NCBI GenBank assembly: GCA_051294375.1
Contig: CM119269.1
Span: 23,045,497 to 23,109,496 of the forward strand
Length of the DNA stretch: 64,000 nucleotides
From: Paraspadella gotoi
Taxonomy: Eukaryota > Animalia > Chaetognatha
Reading direction: 5' to 3'
How positions within the stretch are numbered: the stretch's first letter is position 1; every line of letters starts with the position of its first letter. This document shows, piece after piece, positions 13,176-24,627 of this stretch. The notes beneath the pieces were generated by a model. That model saw only the letters and a list, made by a program, of their open reading frames with translations. It was not told the origin of the DNA and did no database searches. Both the position numbers and the translations under genes were made by a program.

Positions 13176-13743
13176 TCTCTCCCTTCGTCTCCGTCTCTCT
13201 CTCTCTCTCTCAAAAATACTTTTTATGGTTTTTTTCAAAAACAAACCCTCTCTCTCTCTCTCTTTCTCTCGCCCCCTCCCTACCTCATTTTTCTCTCTCT
13301 CTCTCTTTCTTCCCTCCTCTCATCTCTCTCTTTTTCGGTGGCTCTAAAAAAGGAAGCGGTTAATAATAAGAGAAGAATAAACAAAGAATTGAACTGCGAC
13401 TCTGCGCGGCGGGAGAAAAGCGTCTCTCTTCTCCTCTCTCTCTCCTCCTCATCTCTCTCTCCTCTCTCTCCTTCTCTCTCTTCTCTCCTCTCTCCGCTCT
13501 CTCTCTCTTTCTCTCCCATCAACCATTCAAAACCATTCAGGCCCAACCCTGTCAAAAAGAAATATTTATAAAAAAAGAACAATTAAAGAAAAAAAAAGAC
13601 GAGAAATTAAGGAATTAAATCGTTTTTAATTAATAAAGACAATTAATAGTTTCCCTTTTGTTCTTTTTCCTCTTCGTCTGTGTCTTTAATTACCACCATC
13701 CTGGGAGCTACTGATAGGGGCATTCAATCTTATTGTCCTCTCT

Positions 13744-13782
<39 letters not shown>

Positions 13783-15190
13783 TCTGCATCTCTCTCTCTT
13801 CTCCTCTCTGCTTCTCTCTGTCTCGCTCTCTCGCTCTGAAGATAACCGGATAATCTAGGCGACTGAAGTCTTTCCGGTGGTCCGAATCATCGAGAGCACC
13901 GTGGGTCTTCCTCCTAGTCGTCGTCGTCCGTCGTCGTCGTCCGTCGTTGCATAAGTGAGTGGGTTCCTTAATATACACGTCTTAATTCATCCTGTAATCA
14001 TCTGAAGATGAAAGATGAATATACTGACACTTATAGTATTCAAAGTGAGGAAATGATCTATCTGTTAATTAATTTATTTTCAATTCACATGTAATGATAA
14101 AAAATAATAAAATTATCCATTCTTTAATAAATAAGCTACTGGCCACCTGACTTTGGCAGGCTTTGGTGGTTTAAGGCCTCCATCACTCTTACAAGATAAT
14201 GACATAGCAGGTCCCTGCAAAGTTTTCAATCATAGACTCTCTCACAGTCTCGTTTTTGTAATGATAATAAATTTGTTTTTTTTAATATTTTTCACTATTT
14301 TAGTCGTGAGCTCTTAGTCACTTTAAAAATTAGCTTCTATCTTAATCTTTAATAATCATTAGAAAGACAGAAAATCTTGATATTAGAAAAAAATTTTTCG
14401 TAAATTTAACTTAATAATATTTAATATATAAGTACTCTAAAGCGTTTTGCTATCATACATTGCTATTTTTCGCACTACATTTTCAAATGTTTAACATTAC
14501 TAATTTTAATTTTGAACCACTGAGATTTCTAAATCGAGGATCTTATGTAATTTTCAAGTCATCCGAATGCAAAGATGTTGTCGTCGTCGGTCGTCGTCGT
14601 CGTCGGTCTTCATCGTCTTCGTCACGTTTGTCTTTGTACTGTCTTCTTTTCCACACAATGACATTGAAACCAGCAACTCAAACAACACAATACTTCTGCC
14701 ATTTCACACTCGAACCCCGACTTTCTCATCTCTTCCGGCCACTCTCCTTCCTCTTAGCCGATCCGGCCACGCTCAGCCCCTTTCCTGCCTTGTGGCCTTA
14801 ATTAGGCACTGAGGCCACTCGGTGCCTCAAAGACCATTATCGATTAACTAATGTTTTGCATAAAAATCAATCTTCTCTCTCTCTCTCTCCTCTCCTCTCT
14901 CTCTCAATCTCCTCTCTTTCTCATTTTCTTCTTTGTCGTTCTGGTTTATTCTCTGGAAGGCGAAAAGCAAAACTCCGTATCACGTGAGAGAATATTAGAG
15001 ACGGAGAGGATAGAGAGAAGAGAGGAGAGAGAGAGAGAGAGAGGAGAAGAGAGAGAGAAAGAGAGAGAGGAGAGAGAGAAGAGAGAGAGAGAGGGAGAGA
15101 GACGGTCGGTTGAAAAAACAATGTATGGTTGTTTCGATTTTTTTTTCCTATTTTTCCATTTTTTTTTTTTCCGCGCTTACAAACAAATAA
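11541..15190 (+). repeat. Direct, indel-rich duplicate of 1199-4625
   Basis: Begins CGGTCTCTTGATCGCAATATCT as at 1199 and is colinear to ...AAACAAATAA. It differs mostly by 1-bp indels. Confidence 0.9.
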
Positions 15191-15199
15191 ATGTGTGAG

Positions 15200-16660
15200 T
15201 TGGCGTCGTCGCGTTCGTCGGGTCGTGTCGGTCTCGGTGCCGTGTTTGTCGTCATTTCAATGCCTTCGTCCGTCGTTCGTCTTCATCCTTCGTCGTCTTC
15301 GGTCGTGCGGTCTTTATCTCGTCGTCGTCGTCGTCATTCTCATCGTCGTTGTCATCTTCATCGTTCGTCGTCGTCATGCTTCGTCTTCATCGTCTTCATT
15401 TCTTCGTCGTCATCATCTTTATGCGTCATCGTCTTTTTTATCGGTCGTCGCTCCAATTTCATCGGGTCGTTGTCATCTTCATCTTCGTCGTCGTCCAATC
15501 TTCGTCGTCGCTCGTCGTCATCGTCTTTATCGTCGTCGTCATCCCCCATCTTTATCGTGTCGTCTTCATGCGTCGTCGTCTTCAATCTTCGTCGTCGTCG
15601 TCATCGTCTTTATCGTCGTCGTCACTCGTTCGTCTTCATCGTCTCATCTTCGTCGTCGTCGTCGTCGTCGTCAATCGTCTTTCATCGTCGTCCGCATTTC
15701 AATCGGTCGTTGTCATCCTCATCTCGGTCAGTCGTCATCTTCGTCGTCGTCGTCGTCATTCTGGTCTTTATTGCGTCATCGGTCTTCATAATCGTCTTCA
15801 TCTTCACGTCGTCATCATCTTTATCGTCGTCGTCTTCATCCGTCGTCGTCTTCATCTTCGTCGTCGTCGTCGTCATCGTTTTATCGTACGTCATCGTCTT
15901 TATCGCTCGTCGTCATCTTCATCGTCGTTGTCATTCTTCATCTTCGTCGTCGTCATCTTCGTCGGTCTGTCGTCCGTCATCGTCTTTATCGTCGTCATCG
16001 CGTCTTTATCGTCGTCGTCATCCTTCATCGTCGTTGTCATCTTCATCTTCGTCGTCGTCATCTTCGTCGTCGTCGTCTTAATCGTCGTCGTCTTCATCAC
16101 GTCGTCGTTCTTCAATCTTCGTCGTCGCCATCTTCGTCGTCTGTCATCTTCCATCTTCGTCGTCGTCAATCTTCGTCGTCGTCGTCGCGTCATCGCTTTC
16201 ACGTCGTCGTCAATCAATCTTTAATGTCGTCGTCAATCTTCATCGTCGTTGTCTCTTCATTCTTTCGTCGTCGTCATCTTTTTCGTCGTCGTCGTCTTTA
16301 TCGTCGTCGTCTTCATGGTCGTTGTCATCTTATCTTCGTTCCGTCGTCATTTCATCGTCGCGTCATCTTCGTCGTCGTTTGTCATCTTCATCTTCGTCGT
16401 CGTCATGCTTGCATGCGTCGTCGTCATCCTTCGTCGTCGCTCCTTTATCGTCGTCGTCTTCAATCGTCGTTGTGCATCTTCATCTTCGTCGTCGTCATCT
16501 TCATCGTCGTCGTCATCTTCGTCGTCTTGTCATACTTTCATCTTCAGTCGTCGTCATCTTCATCGTCGTCGTCCATCTTCGTCCGTCGTTGTCATCTTCA
16601 TCTTCGTNNNNNNNNNNNNNNNNNNNNNNNNNCGTCGTCGTCTTTATCCTCGTCGTTTTT
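15200..16660. repeat. (GTC/ATC/TTC)n satellite, reverse complement of 9030-11440
   Basis: Same unit in the opposite orientation. The junction 15190-15240 is the reverse complement of 11380-11438. Confidence 0.9.
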
Positions 16661-17286
16661 CGTCGCTACGATTTTCTGAAAAGTATAATTTTGGGGAGAA
16701 AAAAAATAGAGAGTGAGTCACATCGACCTTAAAAATGTCTCACCGGGAAGATTCTCCGAAAATCGGTAAAACTCACAAAACGGTGAGACTTACAAAAGAA
16801 GATTCAATAAAATGTTTGTGAGACGAGATTCACAATTGACTAAGATGTATAAATGTTGCACATATAAACATCCTAAGTAAACATTATAAATCATAAATCC
16901 GGATTTGATAAACAGAAATTTGACACAATGGCTGACAAAAGTGATTTAATCCTCCAGATTGGCTGACAGAGTACTTCTCAAAGGTCATTCAGGTCATTCA
17001 TACATTTTTAACAAATGAAAATCATTAATTATTTTTTTGTTTTCAATTCAAAAGATGAAAAGGTTAGGAGCGCTTAAGACTTTGGACTGAAAACTTGGGT
17101 TTTTGTGCTTCGGACTGAAGTCTGAGACTCTTCTCAGCGACGCGACGGAAGAACCTCTTCAGGATCAATCGAGAAACTCTTGAAAAAAAGATTTGCTGAG
17201 CAAACTCAACCAAAAGAACAATTGAATGAGAAAAAGAAAAAAAGGGAAACAAATTAGAAAAAACTGAGTAGAGGAAAATAAAGGAC

Positions 17287-17333
<47 letters not shown>

Positions 17334-17404
17334 AAAAAAGAAAGAAAGAAAGAAAAAAAAGAAAAGAAAAGTGAGGGAAAGGTGGAAAAACTGGATAGAA
17401 ACTA

Positions 17405-17440
<36 letters not shown>

Positions 17441-19440
17441 CAACAACCGGACCCATATCCCCGTCGGGATAGTCATTATCATTATCTTAATCATCATCGT
17501 CGTTGTCGTCGTCGTCGTCGTCCTCTTCATCGTCGTCGTCGTCGTCGTCGTCCTCTTCATCGTCGTCGTCGTCGTTGTCGTCCTCTTCATCGTCGTCGTC
17601 GTCCCCATCTCTATTTCGGGTTTGTTTTCCATTTTTCTTCTGAGTTTGAAAAAAAATTTCGACTCGGAGGAAAAAACAAACTTCGTAAAGTGCTGAAGCA
17701 GTGATACTTGCTAAGTTGTGAAGCGTGAAAGTTTATCCCTTAAGTTTAAGTCTATATTTTTAAGCAGAAATTCATAAAATAATTTAAATAAATCACTGAG
17801 GTTAATGATAGGAATATGATACCACATATTTGAATGAGAAACCATGTTTTCTTGGATTTAATGAACTCGGCTATGAGCTGACAGGGTTCTGCTTTGTCCT
17901 TAATCCTCCAACGACTTAGCTTATCTAATAAATGGAAATTGTTAAACAATTTCAGAAATAATTTTTTTTGAATCAATAGAAGGGAATCGTGTAACCGAAT
18001 CTACTTTACATCACGTGATGAAATTAGGTCAAATGATCTAAGAAATAAATAAAAATTATTATCCGCAACAACAACAACAACAACAACGACGACGACGACG
18101 ACGACGACAAAACCATGAACGAACTCTGCCCGTTTATTTTTATGTCTGGCGTTTTTAGTGCGTCGATTCGCGATGCGGAAAAGGGCAGGCGCTTAAATGG
18201 GGCGCTTGAGTGGGGCACCTAAATAAGGCGCTCAAATGAGATGTTTAAATGGCAGGTGCTTAAATGGGGTGTTTGAGTGGGGCGCCAAAATAAGGCGCTC
18301 AAATGAGACGTTTAAAGAGCGCGCGCCAAAATACAGAGAGTGCTTGAATAGAGCAACTAAATAAGACACTCAAATTGAATGTTTAAATAGTAAAAAAAAG
18401 GATAGTCTAAATACGCCATTTAATTAATCGGCGCCTTCAATTGGACAAATTAATGAGGCCGCTTAAATAGGATAGTTTAATGACAGGCACCTAAATATGG
18501 CGCGTGAGTAGGACTTTTTAATGACAAGTGCCTCTACAAGGCGCCCAAATGAGAAGGAGCCAAATGGGCCCCCTAAAGATGGGCGCCTAAATGGGGCTGT
18601 AAAAGGGCGGGCACCCCAATGTGCGCTAAAAGGGGAGGTGCCTAAATGGAGCGCTTAAAAGGAGTTGACCCGTCAAGGGCGCGAGATGGAAAAAGGAAAG
18701 TAAAATAAATCTTTAGATTTGTGAAGCAGAAAAGAGAAGAGAAAAGAAAAGATGAGAAGAGAAGAGAAAAGAAAAGAAAAGAAAAGAAAAGAAAAGAAAA
18801 GAAAAGAAAAGAAGAGAAGAGAAGAGCCATTCCCTCTTCTGATACAATTCTGTCAAATTATATATGAAATCCATACAATAGCTGTTAAAAATACTTAAAT
18901 CTAATTTGCATTCATCAGCATGACGAACAATGGAAAAGAAAAGAAAAGAAAAGAAAAGAAAAGAAAAGAAAAGAAAAGAAGAGAAGAGCCATGCCCTCTT
19001 CTGATACAATTCTGTCAAATTATATATGAAATCCATACAATAGCTGTTAAAAATACTTAAATCTAATTTGCATTCATCAGCATGACGAACAATGGACGTA
19101 CCATTTCAGCGACAAACCCATACTTACCCAGTAATACCCAGTAATATCTCAATTTTAAATTTTATTCTGATGACGCCTTAAAACATTCTTCTATAAATAT
19201 TTTTGTAATGTATATTTTTTTGGGAAATATTATTTCCTATCGCCTAACGTCTAAGAGAGGGACAGAGTGACAGAGTGACGAATGAGATTTTCAAATGGAG
19301 ACCCGATTTTAACAATTCTCTTCTCGATGGGATTTTTTCGTGACCCATTTTTGTGAGACTTGGTGAAACACTTTTCTTTTCACCAAAGGGACCAAGAGTC
19401 ACGAATGTGATCGTTTTAACTCTTGACTCTTTTTACCCCT
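16660..19440 (-). repeat. Inverted duplicate of ~5250-9030, lacking the TRIM (probable second haplotype)
   Basis: Colinear reverse-complement match (e.g. 16681 AAGTATAATTTTGGGGAGAAAAAAATAGAG vs 8990-9020). It differs by the TRIM insertion, tandem-unit number and a ~40-bp indel. Confidence 0.9.
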
Positions 19441-20440
19441 CTTTCTTTTCTTTTCTTTTCTTTTCTTTTCTTTTCTNNNNNNNNNNNNNNNNNNNNNNNN
19501 NNNNNNNNNNNNNNNNNNNNNNNNNNNNNNNNNNNNNNNNNNNNNNNNNNNNNNNNNNNNNNNNNNNNNNNNNNNNNNNNNNNNNNNNNNNNNNNNNNNN
19601 NNNNNNNNNNNNNNNNNNNNNNNNNNNNNNNNNNNNNNNNNNNNNNNNNNNNNNNNNNNNNNNNNNNNNNNNNNNNNNNNNNNNNNNNNNCTTTTCTTTT
19701 CTCTTTTTTTCTTTTCTTTTCTTTTCTTATTTCTTTTCTTTTATTTTTTCTGTTTTTTCTTTTCTTTTCTTATTTCTTTTCTTTTCTTNNNNNNNNNNNN
19801 NNNNNNNNNNNNNNNNNNNNNNNNNNNNNNNNNNNNNNNNNNNNNNNNNNNNNNNNNNNNNNNNNNNNNNNNNNNNNNNNNNNNNNNNNNNNNNNNNNNN
19901 NNNNNNNNNNNNNNNNNNNNNNNNNNNNNNNNNNNNNNNNNNNNNNNNNNNNNNNNNNNNNNNNNNNNNNNNNNNNNNNNNNNNNNNNNNNNNNNNNNNN
20001 NNNNNNNNNNNNNNNNNNNNNNNNNNNNNNNNNNNNNNNNNNNNNNNTGTTTTTTCTTTTCTTTTCTTATTTCTTTTCTTTTCTTTTCTTTTCCTTTCTT
20101 TTCCCCCCTACTCTCCTTCTCTATCAGCGACGAGGGAAAAGTTAAAATTCAAATGAGAAGAAAATTTATTAAGAAGGAGGAAGAGGAGGAGGAGGAAGAG
20201 AAAAAGGAGAAGGAGGAGGACAAAGAGGAAGAGGAAGACAAAGAAGAAGAGGAGGAGGAGGAAGGAGAAGGGGAGGAGGAGAAGGAAATGGAGAAAGATG
20301 AGGAGGAAGATGAGGAGGAAGAGGAAGAAGAGGAGAAGGAGGAATAGGGGGAGGAATAGGAGGGAGATGAGGAGGAAAAGTAGGAAGAAGAGGAGGAAGA
20401 AGAGAAGGAGGAGGAGATGAAATATGTTGTTCCAGTTGAG

Positions 20441-20471
<31 letters not shown>

Positions 20472-20500
20472 ATAATTGTCCTTTCTGTAGATGTCACTGA

Positions 20501-20580
<80 letters not shown>

Positions 20581-20945
20581 ACACTGGTAATATATTCGTC
20601 ATCGTCGCCGGTATTTATGAAAATGAAGATCTTGACTCAACGGGTTAACGAGAAAGAAAGAGAGAGAGATGGTGAAGGGAGAGAGAAAGAGAGAGAGGGA
20701 GAGTACGGAGATGTGAAGAGAAAGAGAGACAGAAAGACAGTTGGACAGAGAGACCGGTTGAGAACGCCAAACGGTTAAGTCAGATAAAAGAAAACGATTT
20801 TTTCTTTCTTTTTTATTTTCTCTTTTAATCTTTTTTCTTTTCTCATTTTTTTGTGATTTCATCAATTTTAATTTAGGTTTCAATCTTCTTTCATTCTCTC
20901 TTTCTTTGCCTAACGCTTCCTTCCTCCTCACTATTCATTCTTCTT

Positions 20946-20976
<31 letters not shown>

Positions 20977-22173
20977 TCAGTCTCTGCTCACTCTCTCTCT
21001 CTCTCTCTCTCTCTCGCTTCATGCTCTCGTCTCTCGATCTCTCTTCTCCCTTTCGGTCTCTTGCATCAGGACAAAAAAATAAACTGAACAAAGAAAATCA
21101 GACCTTGAATTCCGACGAGTCGACGATCGAATTCAAGAGAAAAGGGAGGAAGAGGAGGAGGAAGAGGAAGAGGAGGAGGACGAGGAGGGAAGGGGAAGGA
21201 AGGCAAAAAGGGGAAAAAAGACCAGGAAAAGGGAGAGAGAGGGAGAGAGAGAGAGAAAGAGAGAAATAAAAAAGATATAGAAAGAATAAGAAAGAGAGAG
21301 AGAGAAAAAAAAGAGAGANNNNNNNNNNNNNNNNNNNNNNNNNNNNNNNNNNNNNNNNNNNNNNNNNNNNNNNNNNNNNNNNNNNNNNNNNNNNNNNNNN
21401 NNNNNNNNNNNNNNNNNNNNNNNNNNNNNNNNNNNNNNNNNNNNNNNNNNNNNNNNNNNNNNNNNNNNNNNNNNNNNNNNNNNNNAGAGAGAGAGAGAGA
21501 GAAAGAGAGAAAGAGAGAGAGAGAGCGAGAGGCGTCAAGTTTGAATTCTATCTCCTGTTGTGTCTGACATCTGAGTTCCAGACTGGAAAAAGAAGAAAGA
21601 GAGGGAGGAGGAGGAAGAGGAGGAGAAAGAGAAGGAGGAGTAGGAGGAAGAGGAGGAGGAGAGAAAATGTTATCCCAAATGTAATAATAACAAACTATTT
21701 TTATATTTAAATTTGGAGAAATCAAACTGAAAAATGTNNNNNNNNNNGAGAGAGAGAGAGAGAGAGAGAATCTCAAGTGAATTGCTGGACAGATGATGAC
21801 AGCCAATAAACCATAAAAGCTAAAAAGATAAAAAATGTTTAAAAAGTATATAAACTTCATTGAAGGTCAAAGAAGAATGAAGCCTAAAGAAGCATGAAGC
21901 CCAAAGAAGCATGAAGGCCAAGAAATGGTGAAGGCCGGAAAAGAAGGTTAAGTAATGACTGAGGCTGAAAATAGAAAATTGAAAAGTGTTGCGGCGTCGA
22001 TGAGAGTTAAACCATCAGGAGGGAAATAATAAAGACGACGAAGACGACGACAAAGAGGACGATGACGACGACGACGACGACGATGAAGACGACGATGAGA
22101 AAAACAACGACGAAGAGTATGATGATGACGATGATGACGAAAATGACGACTACAACGAAAATGACGGTAAAGA

Positions 22174-22401
22174 TGTAGTTGGGCATTGCAAAAGTTCACC
22201 CCGCCTATAAGCATGCAACCTTCAGTTAGCACCCGGTGTCTCATTAAGTAAAGCTCATGACCCCTAGGTACCGGGTTCAATCCCAACCCGGTACCTACCC
22301 TGCGGGAAGCGTGAGGACGACCGTAAACCCACTTGGGGGCCTGAAAAAACCTCAAGCCTGGTTCCAAGCCCAGGACCCGTTCCATTAGCGCCTTATCCAC
22401 A
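22174..22401 (+). mobile_element. Solo LTR of the tRNA-box TRIM family with 4-bp TSD
   Basis: TGTAG...CCACA termini flanked by AAGA on both sides (22170-22173 and 22402-22405). Contains TATAA at 22206, B-box GGTTCAATCCC and hairpin TAGGTACCGGG...CCCGGTACCTA. Confidence 0.85.
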
Positions 22402-22804
22402 AAGATAATGACGACGACGACGACGACGACGAAAAGAGAGAGATTATCAATAAGGAGTTAAATAATAATTGAGAGAGATTATCCTCTTTTTCTTTCTTTT
22501 CTTATCTTTCTTATCTTTTTCTTATCTTTTCTTATCCAAATCGTTCTTTCGTTTTTTCCTCTCACTTTCTCATTTACCGAAAAGGATTGGGCGTCTTGGA
22601 GTCGTCGTCGGTCGTCGTCGTCGTCGTTGTCATTTNNNNNNNNNNNNNNNNNNNNNNNNNGTCTTTGTTCTTATCTTTCTTATCTTTTTCCCCAAATCGT
22701 TCTTCGTTTTTTCCTCTCACTTTCTCAATTTACCAAAAGGATTTGGCGTCTTGGAGTCCGTCGTCGTTCGTCGTCTCGTTGTCCTTCGTCGTTGTATTCG
22801 TCGT

Positions 22805-23474
22805 CGTCGTCGTCGTCGTCGTCATTATCTTTGTGGAAAGGCGCTCAATGGAACGGGTCCTGGGCTTGGAACCAGGCTTGAGGGTTTTCTCAGGCCCCCA
22901 AGTGGGTTTACGGTCTCCTCACGCTTCCCGCAGGTAGTACCGGGTTTGGATTGAACCCGTACCTAGGGGTCATGAGCTTTACTTAAATGAGACACCGGTG
23001 CTAACTGAAGGTGCATGCTTATAGGCGGGGTGAACTTTTGCAATGCCCAACCTACATCTTTACCGTCATTTTCGTTGTAGTCGTCATTTTCGTCATCATC
23101 GTCATCATCATACTCTTCCGTCGTTGTTTTTCTCATCGCTCGTTCTCATCGTCGTCGTCGTCGTCGTCATCGTCCTCTTTGTCTCGTCTTCGTCGTCTTA
23201 TTTATTTCCCTTCCTGATGGTTTAACCTCTCATCGAACGCCGCAACACCTTTTCAATTTCTATTTTCAGCCTCAGTCATTACTTAACCTTCTTTTCCGGC
23301 CTTCACCATTTCTTGGCCTTCATGCTTCTTTGGGCTTCATGCTTCTTTTTAGGCTTCATTCTTCTTTGACCTTCATGAAGTTTATATACTTTTTAAACAT
23401 TTTTTATCTTTTTTAGCTTTTATAGGTTTATTGGCTGTCATCATCTGTCCAGCAATTCACTTGAGATTCTCTCT

Positions 23475-23532
<58 letters not shown>

Positions 23533-24179
23533 CTCTCTCTCTCTCTGACTCAGCTCACATTTTTCAGTTTGATTTCTCCAAATTTAAATTATAAAAATAG
23601 TTTGTTATTATTACATGTTCTGGGATAACATTTCTCTCCTCCTCCCTCTTCCTCCTACTCTCCTCCTTCTCTTTCTCCTCCTCTTCCTCCTCCTCCCTCT
23701 CTTTCTTCTTTTTCCAGTCTTGGAACTCAGATGTCAGACACAACAGGAGATAGAATTCAAACTTGACCCTCTCGCTCTCTCTCTCTCTCTTTCTCTCTTT
23801 CTCTCTTTCTCCTCTCTCTTTTTTCTTTCTCTCTCTTTTTAATCTTTCTCTATCTTTTTTCTTTCTTTCTTTCTCTTTTGCTCTCTCTCTCTCTCTTTCT
23901 CTCTCTTCTCTCTCTGTCTGTCTCTCTTTTTTTTCTCTTCTCTCTCTTTCTTATTCTCTATTATCTTTTTATTCTCTCTTTTCTCTCTCTCTCTCCCTCT
24001 CTCTCCCTTTTCCTGGTCTTTTTTCCCCTTTTGCCTTCCTTCCCGCTTCCCTCCTCGTCCTCCTCCTCTTCCTCTTCCCTCCTCCTCTTCTCCCTTTTCT
24101 CTGAATTCGACGTCGACGTCGAATTCAAGTCTGATTTTCTTTGTTCAGTTTATTTTTTGTCCTGATGAAGAGACGAAAG

Positions 24180-24268
<89 letters not shown>

Positions 24269-24627
24269 AAAAGAATGAATTAGGAGGAGGAAGGAAGGTA
24301 GGCAAAGAAAGAGAGATGAAAGAAGATTGAAACCTAAATTAAAATTGATGAAATCACAAAAAAATGAGAAAAGAAAAAAGATTAAAAGAGAAAATAAAAA
24401 AGAAAGAAAAAATCGTTTTCTTTTATCTGACTTAATCGTTTGCGCGTCTCAACCGGTCTCTCTGTCCAACTGTCTTTCGTCTCTCTTTTCCTTCACATCT
24501 CCGTACTCTCCCTCTCTCTCTTTCTCTCTCCCTTCACCATCTCTCTCTCTTTCTTTCTCGTTAACCCCGTTGAGTCAAGATCTTCATTTTCATAAATACC
24601 GGCGACGATGACGAATATATTACCAGT
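22805..24627 (-). repeat. Inverted noisy duplicate of 20583-22430, including the same solo LTR (22832-23056, TSD TCTT)
   Basis: Reverse-complement colinearity up to ...GACGAATATATTACCAGT (24627) vs ACTGGTAATATATTCGTC (20583). It sits next to a 25-N gap. Confidence 0.9.

Noticed and set aside
17064-17930. Exon-like minus-strand blocks (DKLSRWRIKDKAEPCQLIAEF..., VEFAQQIFFSRVSRL...)
   Set aside because: No recognisable family, and I could not link them into a phase-consistent gene.
20153-20347. Glu/Lys-rich ORF and the many LSLSLS/RERERE ORFs
   Set aside because: These are (GAG/GAA)n and (AG)n microsatellites with no splice or homology support.
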